Below are positions 35,571 through 47,823 of a stretch of 64,000 nucleotides of DNA, in pieces. The translations under genes and the position numbers were made by a program. The first letter of the stretch is position 1, and each line of letters opens with the position of its first letter. The DNA is from Podospora anserina (taxonomy: Eukaryota), in the NCBI GenBank assembly GCA_017654855.1, contig CM030338.1, positions 3,782,001-3,846,000 of the forward strand, read 5' to 3'. The notes below the pieces were generated by a model that saw nothing but the letters and a program-made list of their open reading frames with translations, searched no databases and was not told the origin of the DNA.

Positions 35571-38500
35571 CTTGATGGGTTGGAAAAGATCTTTGGTTGA
35601 GATTGTAGAGGATGGTGACTGATGATGGGGGAAGAGATCAGAATGACAACATCGAGGGTGGTCGTCTTACTTATAGACTTCGAGGCATCATCCTCTTTGC
35701 TTCTTCATGGTTGTGGATATATTGTGACTGATTGCGTCCCGTCTGGCCTATCTCCTGTGTCCCCAACACCATTGACTCGATACCACTCTGCATTGGTACT
35801 CTCCCAAGAAGGTAAACACGGAGTGCACCTGCATGATCGCATCTTGACGAGCCTCGAACGCCCGGCTAACGACAAAATGTCTGGCATGCAGAAAAGACAA
35901 TATCACATGCAGCCCAAAAGAGATATACATGCAAGTGGACCCCTGAATCCTTCGTACGATCCGTGAATCGAAATAGCCTCAATGTCTCGTCAAGATATCG
36001 CCAAGACCTTTGAGGTTGTGTAACCAATGCTGATGGGAAAATCGTGACATAAAGGTAACTAGGCAAGATACCTACCGACTTAGATGATTGACTGCGGTTC
36101 TTGATAGAAGTGTGCCCATAATTTTGTATAATCCTTCATTGCACTCAAGGTTGGCGCTCAGTCATTACCTACCTGGAAAACCAGATCTTCAACGGCAAGG
36201 GATGCGGATCGTTCCGTTCCTCGAGGTCCCTGAGCTTGCAAGGGTCTAAAGCAGAAAGCTGCATATGCCAGCCCTCGGATTACCACCCTGTACCTAGTTA
36301 GTACGTACTTTTCTGCTTCTTACGCTCACCGATTTTCCACAACAAACGCCGAGTTGCAAAGATGGACTCACGCCGGGCGCCGGCAGGGAATATAATTCAA
36401 TAGAGAGTCAGCCACTTGCCCAAGTTCTTTGACCGGACAAGTCCCGCCAGCAGGGAAAAAACAGTAAAGTAAGCGTGGCCAGAAGGGGGCGTGCTGCATG
36501 CACTGTTGCGCAACATAGCCCAGAAATTGTTGGAGCCAGGACTCTTTGAACAGTGTCTAGAAGTTGCTTCGGTCAACGGGTTCGCCTCCAAAGATAGACA
36601 AGAGAGAGTAGCGTCGGTGTCACGGTAGGTGGATGCGATGAGACCCTGATGCAGATCGATTGTGACGTGAGGCTCCCCCATGCACACATCCTTTGTAGCT
36701 GCAATATGTGAACCGCGGTTGCGGGATTGTTTTCCGCGCCATTCAGCGGTCAACGCGTGCAGGCGTGACATGGCCGATGCCAAACCATCGGGGGTTTTAC
36801 CTATTACCCGTTTCTTTTTTATTACACACGATCTGATATCCGTCCATGCATGTCTCAATGGGCCCCTGATTCCCCATTCTGTGGGGTTGTGCTACCAGGT
36901 CTTGCCGCCCCCTGAAGAGGCTGATGGCCTAGACGACAGCTTGCCAGGGGCATGAATGCTACCCGAGTAACTAAGAAAAACCTAAGCGGGAAGGTGACGG
37001 TTCTTGAATAACACCTCGGGGAGGTAGGCCAAGCAAAATAAACGGTCTGGACGCAAAAGCTGAACAAATGATCTCCACCGAGTACTACATGACTTGACAC
37101 CCAGTCTCTATTGTCAGACCACCCCGCCTGTGGTAGAGTTGGACTTCTCAGGTTGTAGTCACAGTGCAGTTGCATATTTGGCTGCAGAGCTATATCTGCA
37201 GGATATCAATATCGAGCAGAGATTTCGATGGGATCCTCATCCGACTCGGCCGTGATTAGGAAACGCTGCGAGAAAGGACGCACGGCACCCAACGGGTATC
37301 ATCCACTTGCCAGACTTGCAGAGCACCATTTCATGCCGCTGTACCCTTTGATAAGGGATAGAATATCAACCTGAACAGTCTGGGTAAGAAGGAAATTCCT
37401 CGGGACTGACGACAGCCCTTGCGTTCAAGTTGCAAAGCAGATGGAGTTCATGAACGCTCCTGGGAAAGGGCATCGGATGTTCCGGTAACATGGATCCTGT
37501 TCCAGTCACGACTGCCAGAGGATTACCTTAGCTTTGCCGCTGCCACAGTGCCACACCGGCCCAGTCTCACCAGATGCAAAGTTCTAGCCAACTTCCAATG
37601 GTGGCTGTATTGAGTCCAATATGGACGCTGTGTGGCTAGCTGACAGGCCCCAATTGACCTTTGAAGCTGACACAGAGTCTACTAGATATATTCATCGTGT
37701 ATGACCCTGGATCGACTTGAAGCGCATCGGTAATTACTCACGGATTCCCACCTTCATTGATGACAAGACTCTGTTCACCTAGCCACATACGCCATTTCAC
37801 AGCCATTCTCGTCACCATGCTGCCTATTCACTCACTTGAATCTTGAAATGACTTTCTGACATAGACACTGGTCCCACGCCTTCAAAAGCGCTGATACCAA
37901 ATAGACTGTGGGTGTGTAGTAGCCGCTAATCCTACACAAACACGCACATGGATGACCAAGTACCAATTTCCACTACAGAGCAGACGTCATTGTCTCGGTA
38001 CAGGCTGCCATGCCATCTCCCGGACTGATATATAACGTTCCTACCGATGTCGCACTCCAATGGCCACCACCGCTATGGGTACATCCCCCATGCTGACTCA
38101 AAACCAGGTCCCAACAACCTACTCAGGTATCCGGTTGTAGTCAGGATTCTACTGGTACAATTTGATCATCTCGACAGTGGTACAAGATCCCTACTCATAT
38201 TACAGACCCTGGCCAATAGGCGACCTAATCTCTGGTGATGGTGTGATTTGTGGCTTGACGGTTTTTGTGGGGTGCCTACGATGTGCATCGACTCTAGATT
38301 AACGACATGTTTGCAGAAAGGCTAGCGATGTTTGGCATATATAAAGACAATACTCCAAATTCGAAAACATCTTTCTGCGAGAGGTTCTATTTACATTGCC
38401 GTCTGTCTACCTATTCAGCCTCCCCACATTAACGCCAATTCAATGGGTTGCATTGCGTCACCGCTGAGCAGAGCTCGTGTCTATATGATTGGGACGAGCA

Positions 38501-38589
38501 GTATTTCTGCTGATGGTTGGGATTAGTGGTGTCCTTGTGAAGCAGCTCACCACGAGGATTGACATACCTTATCGACCATAGTTGGGCAT

Positions 38590-38826
38590 TCATTTTCTGC
38601 AGCAGCACTTCTTCGCACCAAGGCCTTTGCAGCCGTCCCCGGTCATGTGGGAGAAGAGCTTGTCTCCACACCATGCCTCGCATCTGCCTGACCAAAACAC
38701 AGAGCAAATACTTGGGCTTTTGCAGGTAGCTCTGGTCTCAAGCTGGGCTGCCTCTATCTCGGAATAAGGGGCGGCAAGGACGCCGGCAACAGCGGTGAGG
38801 ATAAGGTAGAGGGTGGTGGTCTTCAT
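38590..38826 (-). CDS. Small secreted cysteine-rich peptide (prepro, 8 Cys), defensin/antimicrobial-like
   Basis: Signal peptide, short acidic pro-region ending LETR, cationic mature peptide ATCKSPSICSVFWSGRCEAWC...GCKGLGAKKCCCRK. Confidence 0.75.
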   Translation of the reverse strand: MKTTTLYLILTAVAGVLAAPYSEIEAAQLETRATCKSPSICSVFWSGRCEAWCGDKLFSHMTGDGCKGLGAKKCCCRK

Positions 38827-39471
38827 GTTCGGATAGTCGAGGCGTAGACTAAGGTAGGATGTTGCACCTGTGCTGTATCTGGAGATACTGGGTTTGTAGG
38901 ACAGGATGGGTCACAGGAAAGGTGCCTACCTATTTATCTTGAGTCGATGGACGCAGGAAGATCGCAAGTGTTCCCTATCCTGTAACTCCACGGGCAGCGT
39001 TGGACTTGCCGAGCTCGGAAGACGGCATTATTAGGCCATGATCTGAGTACATGCCACGGAAATCGAGCCGAATCGGAGTACGATGAAATGGTGTAGAGTT
39101 ACAACGTCCCAAGTAGCTGGCTTGGATGTCTTTGGTGGCTTGGCGATGTCACTTTCGGCTGGAGTTTGGGACCGCGATCCTACTTCGTCCCCAGAGCGCC
39201 GTGATATTTTCGCCTAACTCTTCTTTCTATGGTAAAGCACCGTACCTCAAGCGACCTTCTCTCGTCTTCCAGATCCACCGCACTGTCTGTAGCCCGGCAA
39301 TAGCCCTTCCGCATTACGTACATTGAACAAGCCTCTCTCAAGACATATTTCTGACCAAGATGTCGGCAAGAGTACCATGACTTGACATTATAACCGTTGA
39401 ACTTAACCCCTAGTCCCCCACAGGGTCGGCGCCGGTAGCTCTCGAACCCACTCGGGGTTCAAGATACAGCC

Positions 39472-40139
39472 TTACATCATCATGCTTCCACCTGCCATCA
39501 TCAGCTGCTGGATCCTCGCACCAGCCCCGCTCGCCGCTCCGGGCGCGTGCCCGTACACAGACTCGCCGAACATACGCATCTGCATAGGAAGAAACCTGTC
39601 GCCATAATGGTCGATAATATCTGATTTCTCGACGGCCGAACGCAGGCTGGACCATCCACCCGAGGATCCCAACGCAATGCATGCCTTGGCCTTCTCCTCA
39701 TTCCATCACGCCGGCAACAATTCAGACTTGCTCTCAACGTCCTTTAGGAAGCGGCGAAAAGGTTCGATGGAGTCCTGGCGCCACCGTAGAGGCCATCCTC
39801 ATCGGCGTCTCCTTCAAATTTGTATTGGTCATCAGCGCGGAGGCGGTATACATCGACGAGTAGTTTGTAGACTTCTTTTTCCGGGCGGCTATACAGCCAG
39901 GAACCTTGGTTGAGTTGGCCGAAGGAGTTGTTACCCTCCATGTGAGGCTGGGAATGCATGCTGTTGGCAAAAGGGCGTCCTTCGGCCCCGGGCTGGCCTG
40001 GCTTGCCGCAGATCTTTTTGTGAGCTTTCCAGTCCTGTTTTTGGCACTCGCGGGAACAATATTCGGTGAGTGTACACTTGGCACACCGCTTCAGGGGGAC
40101 CTCGGAGGCTGACTTGCTGCAAGTGGTGCAGGAGGACAT
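39472..40139 (-). pseudogene. MYND zinc-finger protein, disrupted
   Basis: CTTC..RCAKC..YCSRECQKQDWKAHKKIC; frameshift near 39775; LLPA*WN nonsense codon at 39706-39708; downstream frame continues ..AVEKSDIIDHYGD..MQMRMFGESVYG. Confidence 0.8.
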
Positions 40140-40330
40140 TGTGAGTTGTGTGAGGTCTGAGTGGGTGGCTTCCGAAAGTCTTGGTTTGGGAAGTGTTTGG
40201 GGAACTTGAAAGGAAAGAGAGAGATCCTCGGGCCAGCATGTTACAGCCCTTGCCACAACATAGTTGGTATATAAAAGTAAGTCAACTTATATTATATTGT
40301 GAATTGAGCCTCAAAAGATAACTATTAGGC

Positions 40331-41960
40331 TGTCACACGTTACTTAACCAACCGGCCACACCACGGCCAAACTGCTATCTAACTGCACGTCGTGAGCTAG
40401 TGGTTAAAAGTAAGGCAGGCAATCAAGTACCACGCGGTTATCAAAGGATTAGTATTAGCCAACTGGGTATAGGCAGGCTCTTGGTAGTGGCCTAAGGTCA
40501 CAGAGTAAAGGCCACTAGGTAGTAGATGAATACGCGTCCGAGGGACCTTTTTATATTTCCTAATGTGTTTATTTTCTTGATTATTTACTTCAAGGTTATT
40601 AAAGATTGTAAATTAAATGAAACTACTATTTAAGCCTTAATATATAACCTTTATCATATATTGAAATGGTGAGAAAACACACAAAATAACCACAACACCA
40701 CAAATATTGAAATAGTGAGAAAACACACAAAACAACCACAACACCACAAATATACCCTCAACAGGTCTCTGAATGAACACACCTGCGTGACAGTGGCTCG
40801 CTCGCAGGCCGCACTTCACGTAGGACAAAGAAAAGACACTATGGGCTCGGAGGCCACATAATAAGCACCGGATTGGCCTAATCAGAGGGCCAGAATTGCC
40901 TGGACGCGTGTAAGGCACAAAATACGAAGAAAATAAGAGTCGATATCTTATTTAAAATAGAATGTCCGAAGTAGACCGCTTATATATATAGCCCCCCCTG
41001 AACCCCTAAGTCCTTTAAAAGCCCCGCTTCCTTACTTATACTCTTAGGCCTATAGCCGTACCCCAGACCAACCGTCGTCTCTTCCTTTTATCGTTAAGGT
41101 AATAAGGTCCTTATACGCGTATACCCTTACGCTTCCTACGGCGCTAGTATTGCCGATCGTTAATACGGACTGTGACGAACCCCTATACAGAACCTCTGAA
41201 AGGGATACTGGTTGAAGGTAACTTCTGACAATTGGTTCGGTGCAGCTAAACAGTGCACAACAAGATGTCTCAATGTAAACACAAGATACCGTGAATACAA
41301 GCTGAATTGCATACTGCGGAACTGTCTATCTACACCAGCCAGTTCCTCCGTATATATAGACCTGTGGATCACCTGGATCGCGTTCCCTAGCGGTGATCCG
41401 GATCACATCCTCCACCTGAGGCTCACCATGATCACCGTGATCCTGTCGCTCCGCTCACCGGGATCACCATGAGCCTTTCGCTCCTCTTCCGACTGGTCCG
41501 TAATGACTGGCCAGGGGCGCCCCGCGCCCCGTGCGTTGGTCCCCCACCAATGATTGTGACATAACATACTTCTTTTATTCGTACATTTTATAGTTTACCT
41601 GAGCCTTGTGAAGTACAGAGCTTCAGAAGCAATATAATGGCTTGAAATTAATGTCACAGTTAAGCTAACAGGCAGAACGGACCGTGTGCGGGGTACGACA
41701 CGCACAGCTAATCGCTAGTAGAACCAACCAGGACGGGGAATAGCCTCACTTGTGGGATCATTGCCAAGAGTCAATGATCCAGGAGACCAGTAGGTCTATA
41801 TATATGGAGGAACTGGCTGGTGTAGATAGACAGTTCCGCAGTATGCAATACAAGTCACAATGGTTAGTATCTTGATTATTGTGATTGAGACAAGCCATTT
41901 GTTATACACTGTTTAGCTGAGGATTGTATTTCCACAATAGTGTCCACGTAGATCTATCGC
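40331..41960. mobile_element. Cluster of solo-LTR-like retroelement fragments, partly RIP-mutated
   Basis: TGTCAC..GTGACA-bounded segments (40331-40792; 41171-41561 on the minus strand; another starting at 41652); TGTAAGG start near 40909; shared about 125-bp TATA-containing block in inverted orientation; no matching TSDs found and boundaries are approximate. Confidence 0.65.
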
Positions 41961-42147
41961 AACCCTACCACTTTGACGGCATCCTGGATTGTCAGTGGAG
42001 CATGAAAACGAGAAGATGTTTGCGGCCGGCCACGAATACTCGCAGAGAACTCCACCGTTAACTCCACCACACAAAAGCTTAGCACGTCACAAATACAAAC
42101 CCTAATTCCACCCCACCAGCACATCAATCCAATCGGAACCATCCTCA

Positions 42148-42239
42148 TCGGGTATGGTGTAGCGGTAACATCGTTGACTCTCACTTCTCAGAAGTGTCTG
42201 TTCTCTCAACAGCCCCGGGTTCGACTCCCGGTATCCGAG
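42148..42239 (+). tRNA. tRNA-Glu(CTC) with intron
   Basis: Acceptor TCGGGTA/TATCCGA; D arm TGGTGTAGCGGTAACA; anticodon stem GTTGA/TCAAC with CT-CTC-A; about 21-nt intron; GGTTCGACTCC T-arm; T-run terminator downstream. Confidence 0.9.
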
Positions 42240-42321
42240 TATCAACTTCTTTTTGGTTCATGTCAAGTCTATTTTTCGTATTATTATTTCCTTCTCTCCT
42301 CATTATTTCTTCCTTCTCTCC

Positions 42322-43346
42322 TCATAACCGTTGACTGATGGTCTCCAACCACAGCACCTCCTCAGGCCGCAATGTGATCCCTTCGGGTATTATGACCTCC
42401 CCACGTTTGATAACCACCTCGGCATCCTCCCCCATCCCTCTTTCAGAATCAGTGCTGCTGGTGGCCGATGCCCCAGGTTTTTCCAGCCTTGGCCTGTTTT
42501 CCTCTTCTTTTTGTCTCTGTTGCTCCCGTCTCGCCGCTTGGTTCCAGAACAACCCCGTCTCACTAGGTGACCACCAGTAGAATGGGAACCTCCGCTGAAT
42601 GTTGTTAACAAGCAGGGCCACTATCAGCATGAGGCCACACCCCAGTGAGACAGGCACCAACACATACCACCCCAGCCTGCTCACATCATCATCCACCACT
42701 GCCATCAGAGCCGTGGCTCCAGCAGGCGGGTGCACCGTTCCCGTCAGGGCCATAACCGCCGTGGCGAGACCGCATGACAGCGCCCCTCCCAGCCATCGAA
42801 CACGCTCAAACTCCTCCGGCCCCAGCAAGGCGAACAGTTTACAGACGATAATCCCCGTGATACTGGCTAATATCTGACCGAGGATGGCGTTGCGGGGCTG
42901 GGCAAGCGGCGACTCGATTGCGTAAAAGTCCAACACGGCGGCAGCACCCTATGTTGATATCAGCAAACACATTCGAGAGAAACAAGAGCCGGAACACAAC
43001 ATACAAAACTCCCAATGATAACCGGCACCCCCTTCTCCCCAAACCCCGGAATCTCCTGCCCTACCGCCCCGATCAAGGCCAAGCTGCTGAATATCCCCAC
43101 CACGGCCCAGAATATCATGGGAATATTGCCCAGTGGTGGCTTCGGATGCGCCGCTGGAGGATGAGGGGTGCGGTACCCGAGGAAGTGCGCCACGGCCCGG
43201 GGAAAGCGGGGCAGGAATGAGGAAGGAAAGAACGGGTTGACGTGAGCGTCAACATCGAAGTGGAGTGTTGACCATGACGACCTTGGCTTCTCGGTGGGTG
43301 GTTTTCGGGTTACGTGCGTGTTGGAGGGTGAGGGGGTGAAGGACAT
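42322..43346 (-). CDS. HPP family integral membrane protein, 1 intron
   Basis: IIGSFGAAAVLDF..ESPLAQPRN after splicing; TVHPPAGATAL. Confidence 0.92.
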
Positions 43347-44456
43347 CTTGGCTGCGATGTCAGTGAACTGGATGGTGAAAAGGTCGATCTGATATTCTTT
43401 TCATGGCATCTGGAGTGCTCGTGGAGTTTTAAGACTGGAGGGAGGAATTCCTGGGAGGAGCAACACCAGTCACACAATGGAAAGAGCGGGCAAAACCCTG
43501 GACGATCGCATGGCTGACGAAGAATCCATCTTTATTAAGCGGTATGTTGCCATACAAAGCCATGGTGCCACGAGCGAGCTCCCAGGCTTCGAAAAGGGCA
43601 GGAAGGGTCAACCTGTGACTAAATGTTTTGCTCCAAAGCGAACCAACCGTCAACTGTTTTCGTGGCTCTCTCTCGGCGTTTACGTCAGATTTGCTAAGGG
43701 AAACTCCCAAAGAGGGATAGCGGCCGGGTGGATAGAGAGCCCAAGCCTTTTTGACGCCTCGTGCCTCGGCCGCTGGCAGCCGGCTGGGATAGGCTATTTC
43801 CGCGGAGGCTGAAAGTCAAAATCGTCTTCATCTCTGTCTCTTGTTCGAGCAGCTGTCTTGTCTCGATGCTTTTGGAGCATCAATGCCCTTGTTTTGATGG
43901 GGATGTCACAAAAGGGACGACCCAAGAGGAGGAAGTGGGGGGACCACCTACGGCATGCTATTGGTGTGCGCCGTGGGCGGGTTTTGCGGGATGAGAAGCC
44001 AACTCCCCAAACATCGATCGAAAGCTTGCGGGGGTGGAGAACCATGGAAGTCGGCAATTCGGGAATATGGGGAAAGCAGCATCCCATGACGCTGACAGTT
44101 CCCGGACCGCTCGCTGCACAAGAAGAGACGATGATCTGTGTCTTGACACAGATTAGGTACACCATGGGATTTAAACGTCCACGGATGTAAGCTCGAGCTT
44201 CATATTCAGTCCATTCATGATGAACTCGCACATGTACCGCTGAAGGAGACGACGGTCTTCCCGTAGCTTTTGCACTGCAGTCTACCGAACAAGATAAAAC
44301 CCCAATGAACCCCGATGATTCTCCATTGAATGATGACACTGACATTAACAATTACACCAACTACGACGATATTTACATGTATAAAATAACCATTTTGAGA
44401 CTCCCGCTAAAAAAAAAATCATCCCACACTGATTTTTGGTGCAACAGAAGGCCGAA

Positions 44457-46713
44457 TCAATAGCCCTGCTGATACGGAGCCTGTCCATATCCTTGACCTT
44501 GCTGTTGTTGGTGATGCTGCTGATATCCTTGATGATATTGCCGCCGCTCTGGATATCCTGCAATATCTACCTCTTGATACTGTGGCTGTTGTTGAGAATA
44601 TACTTGTTGCTGCTGCTGTTGCTGCTGTTGGAGATATTGCTGCTCATATTGGCGTTGTTGCTCGGAAACCACCGGCGAGTCCTGCTGCTGGTACCCCGGC
44701 GCAGGCGCTTGATACCCTTCCTGTGGGTGAGCAGACCCAGCACCTGGATACCCGGTATCCTTCTCAGCCGGCGCAGCTCCAGTTCTGAAGCCCATCTGCC
44801 TGACAACACCCCACCCGGTCTTCTGCTTCTTCCGCTTGTCACCACCCGGGCGCTTTGTGTTGGCTCCATTGAAGAAAATCGGTGGTGGCTGAGGCAGATG
44901 GTTGAGGATGAGAACGGCAAAGAGGGTAATGACAAGAATCGGCAACGGCCAGGGTGTCCCCCAGAGTTGAAGGACCTGCTCTGTGTTGAGGGTGATCAAC
45001 GTGACCAGGCAAAGGCCGACGCCAATGAGGAAGTTGAGACCTTTGCGGACGTAGTTGAAGGGAGTCCAGCCTCCGTTGCGAGAGACGATGTAGAGGAGGT
45101 TCATCATGATGAGTGTGAGCCCCGCGGCGACGTAGGCGTAGGTGAAAACGAGCTTGAACTTGCCCCAGTTCAGCTCCCAAACTCGTTCCTCTAGTTCCGC
45201 AGCGTTTTTGAAAACCTCGTCGCTACCTTCAAAGGCCGAGTACCCGTTGACATTGAATGTTGCAAAGAGTGAATTCTGCATAGCAGTAAGCAGTTCCTCC
45301 AAGGCGTTGATGATGTGGCTGACTGTTTCATTGTTCAAGAATTCCTCTTCTGGTACATCCTGGACTGTGGCCCAGAAGTCATCGGGGATTTCCATGAGCA
45401 ATGCCAACCCATCGCTGATCGATTGAGGGGTTACATCATATTTTGGCCTGTAGAGCTGAAACACCTCGTTGAGAGTTCCGTTGATGGTTGAGACGAACCA
45501 CGATGTGGTGACATTGAAGCCGGGGTCATCCCCTGCCTTCAAGGCGGTCATGAACATCTTGTTGGTAGAGAGATAAGTTTCGATGACTTTCCACCAGATG
45601 ACAAACTGCGATGAGCCGAGGATGAAAAGCTTTAAAAAGAGGTGGAAGGGGAAATGGAGGAATGACCACAGAAGCTCTCTATAAAGCGGCATCCTCAGGT
45701 TCCTCCTCCAGTCAAAGTAGATCATGTAAATGAGGTAGAGGTTGGAGATTCCCGCGGCCACGTTGCCTATTGTCGCGCTTGTCCACGAATTGTGATTGAT
45801 CACAACCTTGGTGACGGCGCTCAGGACGGTGATGATCCCTTCGCCCATGAAGATGTAGCTGAGAAGCGACATGCGAGAGACGATATGCGTGCCTGAGAAG
45901 CTCAGAACTTGAAACTTAAGGGATAAGACAATGGTGATGAGGGTCTCCAGGCCAACCATGATGAACCAAATGGCGTATAGCTTGCTGTCTGTGCCGTCCT
46001 TGAAGGCAAATGCAACGCCGAGATAGATGATGGCAGAAACAAGATTTAATGCCACCATCATCCCCATGGGTAGCCTGGTTTTCTTGAATCTTCGAATGTG
46101 CCACATGATGGATCCGTATTGTGAGGCCATGGCAAGCCGAGACGCCATGAGGATAAGGGAGAGGGTTCGGTATGTCTGGGATTTATTTTCGTATAGGGAC
46201 CACGTTGGTGCAACAACTGCGAAGCCAACCATGACACCAAAATGCACCGCTCGTATGGATCGTTCTGTGAACTTGACGGTTAGTCATACTCTCTATGAGT
46301 AATGCCCAGCCCGACAGGAGGGAAGACTTACCAAAAATACTATCCGTTATGAAGCGGACATCGAAGAAGCCCAATAGAGCCCAATTGCCCAGCCACAACA
46401 GCACAAAGTAAGCGATGAAGCTGTTGAGCTGTTGCAAGTTGGTCACATCTTGCACCTCTGCAAAGACGCACAGAATTGCAGCAAAAAAGAGGTCGTAAAA
46501 GACCTCGATATTCGTCGCTTCGGCGTGCTTCTCAAACTCCGGGTGATCATCGTCCGACTCCCTCCAACCGAGGCTTTCGAGATTGGGGTTGCCCCCTTGA
46601 CCGTCGGCTGGCGATGGGCTTTCCTTGGGAAAAGACTTGACGCGGACAACAGGGCTCTTCATCAGAGGCACGTTGTCCTCGTCCGGATCGACTGTGAGGT
46701 GTTCGTTTGCCAT
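44457..46713 (-). CDS. LtrA-like (low temperature requirement A) multi-pass membrane protein with Q/Y-rich tail, 1 intron
   Basis: IEVFYDLFFAA, DVRFITDS, RMSLLSYIFMGEGII, WSFLHFPFH; many TM segments; Q/Y/G-rich C-terminus. Confidence 0.75.
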
Positions 46714-47823
46714 GGTGTGCGCGTATTGTCTCTGCCGTGGTGTGTCGTGTGGTAGGTAGGGTGGTAACCTGTGCCACTTCTTCTGGACAAGAAGGAATAG
46801 AAGCAAAAGGCTGCAAGAGCTCGGTACGGTGAGAAATGTTCCCGATCATCATGGTTGCGGTCCTTAAGGATTTTGACCTTGAATCCTGGTCAGCAGCCTG
46901 ATGCCAAGCATCGCCAGCGGATGAGAAGCTGACGCCGAGGACTGATGCGATGAGAAGGGCTACCCCTATTTGACATGGCTCCCTGTTCGATCTTCAGCAA
47001 ACTGGCAAGGATCGGCCTTTATCCAGCGCTTTCTGAGCAAGTGCCCGTTGTTGATCCACTGGCCCATCAAACCTTTTTCTGCCATTAATAGTGGATTCTG
47101 GAACTGCCATTCCTTAGTTGTCCTCGTGGTAGAGTAAGAACTATAAAGGTAGCGCGCTGCCTTGCTTGGTGGAGCGGCTATAGGGTTGAGATCACGGCAG
47201 TTCTATTTTCGGCGAATATAATGGAGCTGCTTTTGGGAGGCTGTGGTTTTCCAGACAGGGGCAAAAGGCTTGAAAGACTGCAGCCTGAAGTGGCGGCCTT
47301 TTGAGACCCAGGATCGGGATGAGCGATGTTGCGCTGGTTTCTGACGTTTTTGATCTTGATTGGCTTTGCTGCTTGGTATAAGGATTTAAGCTCTTTGATC
47401 GAAAGCCAAGCGAGAGCCAAGGGAGCCAAGTGCTGAGCCAAGTCCACTGGTGTTACGGGTGGAACACGGTTAAGTCGGCATCAGGACTGTGGTCCAAAGG
47501 TTGAGGTGAGAACTGAACTGGTGCAAACTGCCCTGTGGTGTGAGTTGGCGAAGGGGAGCGAGGAAAAGAAGAGAATGTGGCGACCTTCTACCACACCCTC
47601 CCTGATTCCCTTTTGCTCGAGCGCCATAATGACTGGCTGTGGTGTTTGCGTACCAGGTGGCTTTTCTTATCACATTAGCTCTATATAATCAATTTCTTCA
47701 CGTCGAGGCGTTACTATCTTTCAAGGTACCTATAAATCAACATTTTTAAAACATATTTACTATCTTCCAACGCCTGTTACATCTGGCACTACAATACAAA
47801 ACATGATAGCCGATACGCTGAAG

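Noticed and set aside
37450..38000. Possible decayed LysM-effector remnant on the minus strand (HLVRLGRCGTVAAAK..WN; C..VCVG)
   Set aside because: Similarity is too fragmentary to support without a BLASTx search.
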